Origin: Escherichia coli
Lineage (GTDB): Bacteria > Pseudomonadota > Gammaproteobacteria > Enterobacterales > Enterobacteriaceae
Direction: 5' to 3' (one strand)
Length of the DNA: 54,561 nucleotides
Assembly (NCBI RefSeq): GCF_003334785.1
Contig: NZ_QOWV01000022.1
Shown here one piece after another: positions 1-12,167 of this stretch. Position 1 is the first letter of the stretch. Each line of letters begins with the position of its first letter. A model generated the notes under the pieces. The model worked only from the letters and a program-made list of their open reading frames with translations. It made no database searches and had not been told where the DNA came from. Position numbers and translations under genes: made by a program.

Positions 1-1
1 G

Positions 2-352
2 CGCAATGTCCGGGCAAAATCAGGTTTAAACCGTTCGATACTGGATCAGGGCTGGTATGAAATGCGCCGCCAGCTTGAGTACAAGCAGCTCTGGCGTGGC
101 GGTCAGGTGCTTGCTGTTCCGCCAGCGTACACAAGCCAGCGTTGCGCGTGCTGTGGTCATACAGCGAAAGAAAACCGCCTGTCACAAAGTAAATTCAGAT
201 GCCAGGTATGTGGATATACAGCGAACGCCGATGTAAATGGCGCTCGTAACATTTTAGCGGCGGGGCACGCCGTTCTTGCCTGTGGAGGGATGGTGCAGTC
301 AGGCCGCCCGTTGAAGCAGGAACCCACCGAAATGATTCAGGCGACAGCCTGA
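2..352 (+). CDS. IS200/IS605-family TnpB (OrfB)-like protein, C-terminal part only; 5' end lies before the window start
   Basis: Frame is open from nt 2 (..[29 protein letters not shown]..). The C-terminus carries a CxxC..CxxC zinc finger (CACCGH..CQVCGY) followed by ADVNGARNI, typical of the TnpB RuvC-III/Zn-finger region. Family assignment from memory. Confidence 0.55.
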   Translation, partial: RNVRAKSGLNRSILDQGWYEMRRQLEYKQLWRGGQVLAVPPAYTSQRCACCGHTAKENRLSQSKFRCQVCGYTANADVNGARNILAAGHAVLACGGMVQSGRPLKQEPTEMIQATA

Positions 353-391
353 ACGTAGCAGGGATCCTCGTCCTTCAGGGCGTGGAGGATG

Positions 392-1063
392 TCAACAAAC
401 AGGTTGAATTAACTCCGCGCCCTGGTTTTTGACATTACCTACCGCGCGCGATACCGGGTGCCAGGTGAACTGGTTTGCTGGCACACAGCCGTTGGTAGCA
501 ATTTCTGATGCTTCTTTACCGCCAATCTCTTGCCGCATCCATTCCTGTGCAGCTTCTGGCGACAGAACCAGCGGGCGGCGGTCATGAATATCTACCAGAC
601 CCTGGTCTGCTGCTGCAGTGACAATTAAAAATCCTTCGGCTTTGTCACCGCGCTCAAACGGTGTGCTACCTATCGCGGCCATAAAAACAGGTTGTCCATC
701 AGCGCGATAGATAAAATAAGGCTGTTTTTTGTCGCCTTCTTTTTTCCACTCAAACCAGCCATCGGCAAAACAGATTGCCCGACCATGTTGCCAGAGCGGT
801 TTAAACATACGACTGGTGGCCGCAGTTTCTACGCGGGCGTTAATCAGCGGCGGTTTATCCCACCATCCGGGAGCATATCCCCAGAAAACCGGATCCAGAT
901 GAAGGTGTTCATCACGTTCACTGAGCAGAAGAACTTTGGTTCCCGGCGCGACGTTGTATCTGCCAATGGGTTCGGGATCGTAGGGAATATCGCGTTCAAT
1001 ATCTTCCGCGAGAAGCGCAAGGTAATCTTCACGCGTTTGGGATTGGGCAAAGCGTCCACACAT
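392..1063 (-). CDS. yedK: SOS-response-associated peptidase (abasic-site processing protein) YedK
   Basis: 223 aa beginning MCGRF (catalytic Cys2 of the SRAP family); position next to yedF/yedE matches E. coli synteny. Confidence 0.85.
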   Translation of the reverse strand: MCGRFAQSQTREDYLALLAEDIERDIPYDPEPIGRYNVAPGTKVLLLSERDEHLHLDPVFWGYAPGWWDKPPLINARVETAATSRMFKPLWQHGRAICFADGWFEWKKEGDKKQPYFIYRADGQPVFMAAIGSTPFERGDKAEGFLIVTAAADQGLVDIHDRRPLVLSPEAAQEWMRQEIGGKEASEIATNGCVPANQFTWHPVSRAVGNVKNQGAELIQPVC

Positions 1064-1169
1064 AGAAACCTCCTGAGATCATACTGAAAAGAATAGGAGA
1101 GGGGGCGGGTAAAATCTATGTGTCAGAGGCAACGATGTTCCCGCTGTGGGCCACAGCGGGAATGAGGGA

Positions 1170-1403
1170 TTACTTCTGAATTAAATAACGAATGGTCGGC
1201 CCGTCTTGCTGAATATCCAGCACCGTATAGCCGTGATTACGCGCATCCAGTGGAATATTATTGATCGACTGTGGACAGTCGCTCACCACTTCCAGGATTT
1301 CCCCTTTTTTTAACTGCGGCATCGCCTCAAGAGTTGCGACTGCCGGATAAGGGCAGGGTTCACCCACCATATCAAGGCGGTAATCAGGAACGATATTTTT
1401 CAT
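1170..1403 (-). CDS. yedF: TusA-like sulfurtransferase-family protein YedF
   Basis: 77 aa with the CPxP motif (GEPCPYP); 4-nt overlap with upstream yedE as in the E. coli yedEF operon. Confidence 0.8.
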   Translation of the reverse strand: MKNIVPDYRLDMVGEPCPYPAVATLEAMPQLKKGEILEVVSDCPQSINNIPLDARNHGYTVLDIQQDGPTIRYLIQK

Positions 1404-2605
1404 GCGATCTCCTTAGCAGTCTGCGGTGCCGCACGGCGGAAGAAGCGTTTTTCCCAGCCGATAATCAACATCAGCGCAGTAAACAACAGCAAATATGTCA
1501 CCAGCAGGCCACCCATCGGGCCAAAGGTTTTCAGCAGGTTGATTTTGTCCCAGTCGGTGGCCAGCGCCGGAGCGAAATCATCCCAGTAATACGCCAGAAT
1601 CGTTGAGCCGATCACGTTGCCCAGACCGACCCACCAGTAGTGCACCTGGCCTTCTACCGCGCGGTACATCCAGCCGGTTTCGCAGCCGCCTGCCAGCACG
1701 ATGCCAAAACCAAACAGTAAACCACCAATTACCGCGTTTGGTCCCGCCCACATGATTTTGGGTTCAACGCCTAACTGTACGTAACTGAAGATCCCGATGG
1801 CACTCACCGCCATACCAATAATGATTGCTTTCGCCATATGGGTACGTCCGGTGATCCACATATCGCGGAACGCTGAAGTAAAGCAGATTTGCGCACGTTC
1901 AATCAGTAAACCAAAGCCGACGCCAAACAGCATTGCCAGCCCCAGTTTGGGTTGGTTCATCGCCGTGAGCAGCGCCCAGCCCAGCATGCCGAAAAAGACC
2001 AGCATCCCGAGACGAAAACGACGCCGCGCCTGATCCGGTTTTTGCGTCAGCGGTGAGGCGGCAGAAACTTTCTGCATTTTCACGGGAATACGGAAGATGG
2101 GCAGCAGGGTAAAGCGCGCGCCAAACCATGAACCAATGGCAGTGGCGATGGCAAAGAACCAGGCATGCAGCGAGAACTGAGGAATGCCGGTAAAGAACGC
2201 CGCCAGGTTACAGCCCATTGCCAGACGCGCGCCAAAACCGGCGATAATGCCGCCAATAATGGCCTGCATAATGCGGATACGGCTGCGCGGCATGCGCAGT
2301 TTGACATTGTTGGCCCACAGCGCTGCGGCAAAGCAGCCGCCAAACATGCCGAGGATCATCATCCCGTCGATGCGGGTTAATGGCGATCCTTCCAGATGGA
2401 TAATTTTAAAATAACCCCACTCTTCAGCATGGACGCCAAACAGCTGCAGGAGCTGACCGCCCCAACGGGTAAATTCACCCGTGACAGCCCAAAAGGTGCC
2501 AGTAATGCCAAAATAGTAAGTGGAGAGAATACCCGCCGCGATGACCGCAGGGATGGGTGCCCAGAATTTAATCAACCAGGCGTGTTTGAATTGCTGCCAT
2601 GACAT
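1400..2605 (-). CDS. yedE: YedE/YeeE-family inner-membrane transporter (selenium/sulfur compound transport)
   Basis: 401 aa, highly hydrophobic multi-pass membrane protein; synteny with yedF. Confidence 0.8.
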   Translation of the reverse strand: MSWQQFKHAWLIKFWAPIPAVIAAGILSTYYFGITGTFWAVTGEFTRWGGQLLQLFGVHAEEWGYFKIIHLEGSPLTRIDGMMILGMFGGCFAAALWANNVKLRMPRSRIRIMQAIIGGIIAGFGARLAMGCNLAAFFTGIPQFSLHAWFFAIATAIGSWFGARFTLLPIFRIPVKMQKVSAASPLTQKPDQARRRFRLGMLVFFGMLGWALLTAMNQPKLGLAMLFGVGFGLLIERAQICFTSAFRDMWITGRTHMAKAIIIGMAVSAIGIFSYVQLGVEPKIMWAGPNAVIGGLLFGFGIVLAGGCETGWMYRAVEGQVHYWWVGLGNVIGSTILAYYWDDFAPALATDWDKINLLKTFGPMGGLLVTYLLLFTALMLIIGWEKRFFRRAAPQTAKEIA

Positions 2606-2788
2606 GAATGTAGCCTCTGAACTCAGAAGGTTTGAAACAAGAATCGCGAATCATACATCATGCAAATTTATTTTCGGGGTAATAATTCACAAAAATAATA
2701 GTTAGATCAAATTTCTCTCTGAACCTGGAAAGGCTGGCGACATCAGGGCTTTAATGCCACAATCCTCTTTTCTTCTCATGCAGGACGA

Positions 2789-3205
2789 ATGATGAAAAAA
2801 CTCGCAATTGCAAGCGCGCTCATGTTGCTGGCGGGCTGTGCCGAAGTCGAAAACTATAACAATGTCGTGAAAACCCCCGCGCCGGACTGGCTGGCGGGCT
2901 ACTGGCAGACCAAAGGGCCGCAACGTGCGCTGGTCAGTCCGGAAGCGATAGGCAGCCTGATTGTCACTAAAGAGGGCGATACCCTGGATTGCCGTCAGTG
3001 GCAGCGGGTGATTGCCGTGCCGGGCAAGTTGACATTGATGTCTGATGATCTCACTAACGTTACCGTAAAACGTGAGCTGTACGAGGTTGAGCGTGACGGT
3101 AACACCATTGAGTACGATGGTATGACGATGGAGCGTGTGGATCGCCCGGCGGCAGAGTGTGCCGCCGCGCTGGATAAAGCGCCGTTACCGACGCCACTGC
3201 CGTAA
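2789..3205 (+). CDS. yedD: Lipoprotein YedD
   Basis: 138 aa with signal peptide and lipobox (LLAGC); position between yedE and amyA. Confidence 0.75.
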   Translation: MMKKLAIASALMLLAGCAEVENYNNVVKTPAPDWLAGYWQTKGPQRALVSPEAIGSLIVTKEGDTLDCRQWQRVIAVPGKLTLMSDDLTNVTVKRELYEVERDGNTIEYDGMTMERVDRPAAECAAALDKAPLPTPLP

Positions 3206-3213
3206 TGAAATCT

Positions 3214-3231
3214 CCCCGGCTTGCCGCCGGG
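3214..3231. terminator. Hairpin (CCCCGGC-ttgc-GCCGGGG) between convergent yedD and amyA; likely bidirectional terminator
   Basis: Perfect 7-bp inverted repeat read directly in the sequence between two convergent stop codons. Confidence 0.5.
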
Positions 3232-3238
3232 GATGAAT

Positions 3239-4726
3239 TTAAATCACCTCTTCGATAACCCACACGCTGACGCTGCCGCCGTTGCAAAAGAAGGTCGCTT
3301 CGCCGTTTTCGTCGGTCACTACGCTCTCTTGCCGATTCCCCAGAAAATCACGCCAGGTTTTATTGCCGTAATTCTCTCCCAGATGAATGGTTTTTTCGCC
3401 ATCATCCCCGTTCGACATGACCACCACGCAGCCGGGATATTCGTCAGTGCCACTGCGGCTAAAGGCAATGCAGTTCGGATGGTCGAAAAATAATGTCTGT
3501 ACACCGTGGGCGAAACGCTGACGGGCGAGAATTAACTCATCAAGCTGTTCGATTATTGGCATATCTATCGGATAGGTTTGCCCGTCACCACCGACATCTT
3601 CGTAATGCGCACCGTAGAGGTCCGGATAGAACACCGAAGGAACGCCATTTTCCCGCAACAAAATTAGAGCATACGCCAGCGGTTTAAACCACGGTTCGAC
3701 CGGTGCTTCGAGGGCTTGCAATGGTTGGGTGTCGTGATTGGCAACGAGCGTCACGGCGTGGAAAGGATCGGCTTCCACTAATGTACCCGTGAAAATCTGC
3801 GTCATGTCGTAGTCGCGCCCCATGCGCGATGCTTCATGGAATTTCATCTGCAGCGGCGCATCGAACAGCATGGTTTTGCCTTCCACTTGATCAATATACG
3901 TTTGCAGTTTATCGACTTCATGCGACCAATACTCCGCCACAATAAACAGCGGCTTTGGCGCAACTTCCTGTACGTGTTCGATCCACTCTTTATAAAACCA
4001 CGCCGGAATATGTTTGACCGCATCAAGACGAAAACCGTCGCATTGCGTTTGTTCCATCACCCAGCGCGCCCAGTATTTAATCTCTTCCGTCACGGCATGA
4101 TTGCGAAAATCGATATTCTCGCCCATCAGATAATCGAAATTACCTAATTCATCATCAACCTGATCGTTCCAGCCTTCGCCGGTGTAGTCGTTAACAATTT
4201 TAAATATGCCATCTTCATCAGGGTTTTCGATATGGTCGATACCGCTAAAACATTTGAAATCCCAGATAAACTGTGAGTATTGCCCGGCACGGGCGGGGAA
4301 GGTGTAACGCGTCCAGCCTTCGCACTCAATGATTTCTTCATCAATTTGCGTACGGTCGTCAGCATTTACACGCTGCACGCGAATAGCTTCTTTTTCATCC
4401 GCGCCCATTTTGTGGTTGACTACCACGTCCAACAGCACCGCAATGTCATTACGTTTCAGAGCATCAATGGCGGCCAGCAGTTGTGCTTTATCGCCATATT
4501 TAGTAGGGATGCTGCCTTTCTGATCAAACTCACCTAAATCAAATAAATCATAGGAGTCGTAGCCGACCGAATACCCGCCCGATGCGCCTTTATAGGCGGG
4601 CGGCAACCAGACCATATTGATACCAATATCATTAAAACCGTCGGCGCGCTCGGCCAGTTCAGGCCAGAGCTTACCGCCTTCCGGGTAATACCAGTGAAAA
4701 CATTGTAACAGCGTGGGATTACGCAT
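3239..4726 (-). CDS. amyA: Cytoplasmic alpha-amylase (GH13)
   Basis: 495 aa, [16 protein letters not shown]-terminus and GH13-like motifs ([16 protein letters not shown]); synteny downstream of fliT. Confidence 0.9.
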   Translation of the reverse strand: MRNPTLLQCFHWYYPEGGKLWPELAERADGFNDIGINMVWLPPAYKGASGGYSVGYDSYDLFDLGEFDQKGSIPTKYGDKAQLLAAIDALKRNDIAVLLDVVVNHKMGADEKEAIRVQRVNADDRTQIDEEIIECEGWTRYTFPARAGQYSQFIWDFKCFSGIDHIENPDEDGIFKIVNDYTGEGWNDQVDDELGNFDYLMGENIDFRNHAVTEEIKYWARWVMEQTQCDGFRLDAVKHIPAWFYKEWIEHVQEVAPKPLFIVAEYWSHEVDKLQTYIDQVEGKTMLFDAPLQMKFHEASRMGRDYDMTQIFTGTLVEADPFHAVTLVANHDTQPLQALEAPVEPWFKPLAYALILLRENGVPSVFYPDLYGAHYEDVGGDGQTYPIDMPIIEQLDELILARQRFAHGVQTLFFDHPNCIAFSRSGTDEYPGCVVVMSNGDDGEKTIHLGENYGNKTWRDFLGNRQESVVTDENGEATFFCNGGSVSVWVIEEVI

Positions 4727-4803
4727 TCTTCGACTCCATTCAAGGGGAACATTAGAAGCGTAGCCGTAATCGGATTATTCGCGAACCATTAGCTCGTTAA
4801 GAT

Positions 4804-5169
4804 TCACGAGAAGTTATCTTGCGGAGCCAGCACAAAGCCGCCCTGATCGCCATAGGCACTTAACACCGATTTTTGCACCGATGACTGACCGACCAGTTTC
4901 GCCAGTTCATCCATACGAATCTGTAATAACTGCTTTACCTTGCTTTCGTTGTCGAGAATCAGGCGCAGCATCGGGCGGAGCTGCTCCTGCATCGTGGTGG
5001 ACGGGGCAACCTCTTCAGTCAGGTGTGCTATCTCCTGCACCGCATTCACATACGCCATTTCGCTGGCGATGAGTTCGTCCCATTGTTCTTCCGTTGCCAG
5101 GCGTAACATGAGCTGGCTTTTTTCGACGAGTTGTTGCCAGGCGAAATACAAATGCGGTGCATGGTTCAT
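4804..5169 (-). CDS. fliT: Flagellar export chaperone / FlhDC anti-activator FliT
   Basis: 121 aa, last gene of the fliD-fliS-fliT arrangement; start overlaps the fliS stop. Confidence 0.85.
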   Translation of the reverse strand: MNHAPHLYFAWQQLVEKSQLMLRLATEEQWDELIASEMAYVNAVQEIAHLTEEVAPSTTMQEQLRPMLRLILDNESKVKQLLQIRMDELAKLVGQSSVQKSVLSAYGDQGGFVLAPQDNFS

Positions 5170-5579
5170 CAGACTGGGTCCTGAATCAAAGAAGGGGAGA
5201 GTAACGACTCTTTCCAGGCATCGGCAATATTACGCATTAATGCTTCCACTTCTTCGACTGCGGAGACATCGTTGCGTAAATTGGCTTGCAGCAAGCGCCT
5301 GACCATATAGCTATAAAGAGCAATCAAGTTTTGGGTTAATTCGTCTTTGCTCTCTTCATCAAGACTCACCCGAAGTCCGTTCTCAATGATGTTGATCGCT
5401 TTTGACAAAGAGACGCCTTTGCCTTGCTGATTGTTGTCCTGCATAAACAGGCGCGCTCTAACCAGTGCGCTCAGCACTCCATCAAATAGCATGGTGACCA
5501 GCTGCTGCTGGCTGGCGCTCATTACGGCGCTTTCGACGCCAATTTGTGCATAGGCCTGGGTGCCTTTTGCCGCGTACAT
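5169..5579 (-). CDS. fliS: Flagellin-specific export chaperone FliS
   Basis: 136 aa, position between fliD and fliT. Confidence 0.9.
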   Translation of the reverse strand: MYAAKGTQAYAQIGVESAVMSASQQQLVTMLFDGVLSALVRARLFMQDNNQQGKGVSLSKAINIIENGLRVSLDEESKDELTQNLIALYSYMVRRLLQANLRNDVSAVEEVEALMRNIADAWKESLLSPSLIQDPV

Positions 5580-5603
5580 GACCTGTCTCCCGATGAATAA
5601 TGA

Positions 5604-7010
5604 TTACTTGGAATTACTGTTGTTTTCGAACTGCTGCGTTAAGTAGCTGCTGGTGCTGTTTAACGAGGTCATTAAAACGTCCAGTTGGGTAAATTGTTCT
5701 TTGTAGCGCGCGACCTGCGCATCAATGCGATCGCTGGCGGCGTTGTAGTCTTTAGTTAATTTATTCAGTGTCTTACTAACGCCATCGGTAGCGGCTTTAA
5801 TAATGCCCGTTGTCGAAAGCCAACTGGTCAGGTTGCTGCCAATGGTGGTTGTGATGCCGGTTTTTTTACCATCGCCAACAATCAATGCACCTACGCCGCT
5901 GGCATCTTTTTTCAATGCAGCGGTGAGTTTGTCGGCATCCAGTTCCAGTTTGCCATCGCTGGGATCGGTCGTGATACCAATCTGCGCCAGCGTTTTATAG
6001 TTGGAAGAACTGACGGTATTACTCAGCATCGATTTCAACTGCGTCTGAATCGTTCGCAGCGTGGAGTCGCCGAGTAGTGCGCCATTGCTAGAATTCTGGC
6101 TATCAGCTCCCGCATCTACGGCGGTGTATTTGGTCAGGCTGCTGAAGGTATCTATTAGCGAGTTATAGGCATTCACCCAGTCTTTAATCGCCGTTTGCGC
6201 TTTGGAGGTGTCCTGAGTGATGGTCAGCGTCTGGTTGCCTGTGGTGACATCGTTCAGGTTCAGGGTGATGTTTTCCAGCGCGTCGCTGATGGTGTTGCTG
6301 CTGTTCTCAATGGCGACGTTATTGACCGTCAGCTGTGCATTCTGGGCGGCGACCGAGACCTCCATGCCGTTGCTGCTGGCACTGGCGTCATAGCCCATAA
6401 AACTTTGTAGCGCATCATCACCGCTGACCGAGAGTGTCATCGCATTGTCAAGGCCGGTGTCATTTGATGTGACTGACAGACGATATTCACCGTTACCCAC
6501 GTTAATGATGCTTGCGCTTACGCCTGCTTTTGCGTTGTTGATAGCATCACGGATCCCGCTTAAAGACGAGTTAGCCGCGCTGATATCAATGGAAATCGGA
6601 TCTTTGTCGCCGCCTTGTTGAATGGTGAGTTTGCTGTCGCTGGTGGCGATCGCCGTTTTTGTATCATCTCTGGTGGTGCGCGTGGTCAGGGTTTGCGCCT
6701 GCGCCAGATGGGTGACGCTGATGGTGTATTTCCCGGCGATGGCGTTACCCGCGGTGGTGGCACTGAACGCGGTGGTGCTGCTGGTGGTGCTGGTGGCGGA
6801 AAAAAGATCGGCTTTAGACAATGCAGTATTGGCGGTCTGGAAAGTCGTCAGCGCGCTTTTCAGCGTACCGTAGGCGCTAAGTTTAGCGGTAAACGACGAT
6901 TGCTGATTTGAAATAGGGGTTAGCGTCGCTTTTTGCGCGGCGGTGAGGCTATCAAGGATTGAACTTAAATCCAGGCCTGACCCGACTCCCAGCGATGAAA
7001 TACTTGCCAT
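5604..7010 (-). CDS. fliD: Flagellar filament cap protein FliD
   Basis: 468 aa, Ser/Thr-rich with conserved termini; divergent from fliC as in enterobacteria. Confidence 0.9.
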   Translation of the reverse strand: MASISSLGVGSGLDLSSILDSLTAAQKATLTPISNQQSSFTAKLSAYGTLKSALTTFQTANTALSKADLFSATSTTSSTTAFSATTAGNAIAGKYTISVTHLAQAQTLTTRTTRDDTKTAIATSDSKLTIQQGGDKDPISIDISAANSSLSGIRDAINNAKAGVSASIINVGNGEYRLSVTSNDTGLDNAMTLSVSGDDALQSFMGYDASASSNGMEVSVAAQNAQLTVNNVAIENSSNTISDALENITLNLNDVTTGNQTLTITQDTSKAQTAIKDWVNAYNSLIDTFSSLTKYTAVDAGADSQNSSNGALLGDSTLRTIQTQLKSMLSNTVSSSNYKTLAQIGITTDPSDGKLELDADKLTAALKKDASGVGALIVGDGKKTGITTTIGSNLTSWLSTTGIIKAATDGVSKTLNKLTKDYNAASDRIDAQVARYKEQFTQLDVLMTSLNSTSSYLTQQFENNSNSK

Positions 7011-7053
7011 GCGATTTCCTTTTATCTTTCGACACGTAAAACGAATACCGGGG

Positions 7054-7080
7054 TTATCGGCCTGAATTGCGCAAAGTTTA
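7054..7080 (-). promoter_or_regulatory. sigma28 (FliA) class-3 promoter for fliD-fliS-fliT
   Basis: On the minus strand reads TAAACTTT-N11-GCCGATAA, a perfect match to the sigma28 consensus, about 45 nt upstream of the fliD start. Confidence 0.7.
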
Positions 7081-7172
7081 CGTTTAATTGTTTTTTTTAA
7101 TAGCGGGAATAAGGGGCAGAGAAAAGAGTATTTCGTCGACTAACAAAAAATGGCTGTTTGTGAAAAAAATTC

Positions 7173-7199
7173 TAAAGGTTGTTTTACGACAGACGATAA
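7173..7199 (+). promoter_or_regulatory. sigma28 (FliA) promoter for fliC
   Basis: TAAAGGTT-N11-GACGATAA (one mismatch to consensus in the -10), about 75 nt upstream of the fliC ATG. Confidence 0.65.
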
Positions 7200-7275
7200 C
7201 AGGGTTGACGGCGATTGAGCCGACGGGTGGAAACCCAAAACGTAATCAACGACTTGCAATATAGGATAACGAATC

Positions 7276-8538
7276 ATGGCACAAGTCATTAATACCAACA
7301 GCCTCTCGCTGATCACTCAAAATAATATCAACAAGAACCAGTCTGCGCTGTCGAGTTCTATCGAGCGTCTGTCTTCTGGCTTGCGTATTAACAGCGCGAA
7401 GGATGACGCCGCGGGTCAGGCGATTGCTAACCGTTTTACTTCTAACATTAAAGGCCTGACTCAGGCTGCACGTAACGCCAACGACGGTATTTCTGTTGCG
7501 CAGACCACCGAAGGCGCGCTGTCCGAAATTAACAACAACTTACAGCGTGTGCGTGAGCTGACTGTTCAGGCGACCACCGGTACTAACTCTGAGTCTGACC
7601 TGTCTTCTATCCAGGACGAAATCAAATCTCGCCTGGAAGAGATTGATCGTGTTTCAAGTCAGACTCAATTTAACGGCGTGAATGTTTTGGCTAAAGATGG
7701 GAAAATGAACATTCAGGTTGGGGCAAATGATGGACAGACTATCACTATTGATCTGAAAAAGATCGATTCATCTACACTAAACCTCTCCAGTTTTGATGCT
7801 ACAAACTTGGGCACCAGTGTTAAAGATGGGGCCACCATCAATAAGCAAGTGGCAGTAGGTGCTGGCGACTTTAAAGATAAAGCTTCAGGATCGTTAGGTA
7901 CCCTAAAATTAGTTGAGAAAGACGGTAAGTACTATGTAAATGACACTACAAATAGTAAGTACTACGATGCCGAAGTAGATACTAGTAAGGGTGAAATTAA
8001 CTTCAACTCTACAAATGAAAGTGGGACTCCTCCTACTGCAGCGACGGAAGTAACTACTGTTGGCCGCGATGTAAAATTGGATGCTTCTGCACTTAAAGCC
8101 AACCAATCGCTTGTCGTGTATAAAGATAAAAGCGGCAATGATGCTTATATCATTCAGACCAAAGATGTAACAACTAATCAATCAACTTTCAATGCCGCTA
8201 ATATCAGTGATGCTGGTGTTTTATCTATTGGTGCATCTACAACCGCGCCAAGCAATTTAACAGCTGACCCGCTTAAGGCTCTTGATGATGCAATTGCATC
8301 TGTTGATAAATTCCGCTCTTCTCTCGGTGCCGTTCAGAACCGTCTGGATTCTGCCATTGCCAACCTGAACAACACCACTACCAACCTGTCTGAAGCGCAG
8401 TCCCGTATTCAGGACGCCGACTATGCGACCGAAGTGTCCAACATGTCGAAAGCGCAGATCATCCAGCAGGCCGGTAACTCCGTGCTGGCAAAAGCCAACC
8501 AGGTACCGCAGCAGGTTCTGTCTCTGCTGCAGGGTTAA
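7276..8538 (+). CDS. fliC: Flagellin (H antigen)
   Basis: 420 aa; conserved N-terminus ([17 protein letters not shown]) and C-terminus ([12 protein letters not shown]) with an AT-richer variable central domain. Confidence 0.95.
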   Translation: MAQVINTNSLSLITQNNINKNQSALSSSIERLSSGLRINSAKDDAAGQAIANRFTSNIKGLTQAARNANDGISVAQTTEGALSEINNNLQRVRELTVQATTGTNSESDLSSIQDEIKSRLEEIDRVSSQTQFNGVNVLAKDGKMNIQVGANDGQTITIDLKKIDSSTLNLSSFDATNLGTSVKDGATINKQVAVGAGDFKDKASGSLGTLKLVEKDGKYYVNDTTNSKYYDAEVDTSKGEINFNSTNESGTPPTAATEVTTVGRDVKLDASALKANQSLVVYKDKSGNDAYIIQTKDVTTNQSTFNAANISDAGVLSIGASTTAPSNLTADPLKALDDAIASVDKFRSSLGAVQNRLDSAIANLNNTTTNLSEAQSRIQDADYATEVSNMSKAQIIQQAGNSVLAKANQVPQQVLSLLQG

Positions 8539-8581
8539 TCGTCCTAACCTGATTAACTGAGACTGACGGCAACGCCAAATT

Positions 8582-8682
<101 letters not shown>

Positions 8683-8712
8683 CATAAAGCGCAATTTGTC
8701 AGCAACGTGCTT

Positions 8713-8737
8713 CCCCGCCACCGGCGGGGTTTTTTCT
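8713..8737 (+). terminator. Rho-independent terminator (CCCCGCC-accg-GCGGGG + T-run)
   Basis: GC-rich hairpin followed by TTTTTTCT, read directly. Confidence 0.6.
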
Positions 8738-8824
8738 GCATGGAATTTACCGGTAACCCCCAAATAACCCCTCATTTCACCCACTAATCGTCCGATTAAA
8801 AACCCTGCAGAAACGGATAATCAT

Positions 8825-8832
8825 GCCGATAA
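8825..8832 (+). promoter_or_regulatory. GCCGATAA sigma28-type -10 element upstream of fliA (autoregulated promoter candidate)
   Basis: Exact GCCGATAA 26 nt upstream of the fliA start; no good -35 at canonical spacing, so this is tentative. Confidence 0.3.
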
Positions 8833-8857
8833 CTCATATAACGCAGGGCTGTTTATC

Positions 8858-9577
8858 GTGAATTCACTCTATACCGCTGAAGGTGTAATGGATAAACACT
8901 CGCTGTGGCAGCGTTATGTCCCGCTGGTGCGTCACGAAGCATTGCGCCTGCAGGTTCGACTGCCCGCGAGCGTGGAACTTGACGATCTGCTACAGGCGGG
9001 CGGCATTGGGTTACTTAATGCCGTCGAACGCTATGACGCCCTACAAGGAACGGCATTTACAACTTACGCAGTGCAGCGTATCCGTGGCGCTATGCTGGAT
9101 GAACTTCGCAGCCGTGACTGGGTGCCGCGCAGCGTGCGACGCAACGCGCGTGAAGTGGCACAGGCAATAGGGCAACTGGAGCAGGAACTTGGCCGCAACG
9201 CCACGGAAACTGAGGTAGCGGAACGTTTAGGGATCGATATTGCCGATTATCGCCAAATGTTGCTCGACACCAATAACAGCCAGCTCTTCTCCTACGATGA
9301 GTGGCGCGAAGAGCACGGCGATAGCATCGAACTGGTTACTGATGATCATCAGCGAGAAAACCCGCTACAACAACTGCTGGACAGTAATCTGCGCCAGCGG
9401 GTGATGGAAGCTATCGAAACGTTGCCGGAGCGCGAAAAACTGGTATTAACCCTCTATTACCAGGAAGAGCTGAATCTCAAAGAGATTGGCGCGGTGCTGG
9501 AGGTCGGGGAATCGCGGGTCAGTCAGTTACACAGCCAGGCCATTAAACGGTTACGCACTAAACTGGGTAAGTTATAA
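8858..9577 (+). CDS. fliA: Flagellar sigma factor sigma28 (FliA)
   Basis: 239 aa with sigma70-family regions 2 and 4; synteny fliA-fliZ-tcyJ. Confidence 0.9.
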   Translation: MNSLYTAEGVMDKHSLWQRYVPLVRHEALRLQVRLPASVELDDLLQAGGIGLLNAVERYDALQGTAFTTYAVQRIRGAMLDELRSRDWVPRSVRRNAREVAQAIGQLEQELGRNATETEVAERLGIDIADYRQMLLDTNNSQLFSYDEWREEHGDSIELVTDDHQRENPLQQLLDSNLRQRVMEAIETLPEREKLVLTLYYQEELNLKEIGAVLEVGESRVSQLHSQAIKRLRTKLGKL

Positions 9578-9622
9578 CGTCAGTAAATGCCGCACTTTAA
9601 CTTTGACTACCAGGAGTTCTTA

Positions 9623-10174
9623 ATGATGGTGCAGCACCTGAAAAGACGGCCATTAAGCCGCTATCTTAAAGACTTTAAACACAGCCAGACCCATTGCGCG
9701 CATTGCCGTAAATTACTCGATCGCATTACCTTAGTTCGCGACGGCAAAATAGTGAATAAAATCGAGATTTCCCGCCTGGACACGCTGCTTGATGAAAATG
9801 GCTGGCAAGTGGAACAACAGTCATGGGCGGCATTGTGCCGATTTTGCGGTGATTTACATTGCAAAACGCAGAGTGATTTTTTCGATATTATCGGCTTTAA
9901 GCAATTTCTTTTTGAGCAAACTGAAATGAGCCCAGGTACGGTGCGTGAATATGTCGTTCGTTTGCGCCGTTTGGGGAATCATCTACATGAGCAAAATATT
10001 TCCCTCGATCAGCTGCAGGACGGTTTCCTTGATGAAATCCTCGTCCCGTGGCTGCCCACCACCAGCACCAACAATTACCGCATCGCATTACGGAAGTATC
10101 AACACTATCAGCGTCAAACGTGTACCGGACTTGTGCAGAAATCCTCCAGCCTGCCTGCTTCTGATATATATTAA
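9623..10174 (+). CDS. fliZ: Flagellar regulator FliZ
   Basis: Likely start at MMVQHLKRRP (183 aa); the six-frame ORF extends upstream to 9587 but the shorter form matches the known length. Confidence 0.8.
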   Translation: MMVQHLKRRPLSRYLKDFKHSQTHCAHCRKLLDRITLVRDGKIVNKIEISRLDTLLDENGWQVEQQSWAALCRFCGDLHCKTQSDFFDIIGFKQFLFEQTEMSPGTVREYVVRLRRLGNHLHEQNISLDQLQDGFLDEILVPWLPTTSTNNYRIALRKYQHYQRQTCTGLVQKSSSLPASDIY

Positions 10175-10261
10175 ATAAGAATAAGATGTAGCGGAGTTGT
10201 TTTTGTGTTTACAAACAATGGCTCTACACTGCAAACAGACATAACAACATTCGGGGTGAAT

Positions 10262-12153
<1,892 letters not shown>

Positions 12154-12167
12154 CTCCGGGAACGCTC

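Noticed and set aside
692-1087. 131-aa plus-strand ORF (and a 71-aa minus-strand ORF at 844..1059) overlapping yedK
   Set aside because: Lies within or antisense to the well-supported yedK coding sequence; no ribosome-binding site or recognisable motif; typical spurious overlap.
6615-6911. Gly-rich 98-aa and 83-aa plus-strand ORFs inside fliD
   Set aside because: Antisense to the Ser/Thr-rich fliD sequence; the low-complexity translation is a mirror of fliD codon composition, not an independent gene.
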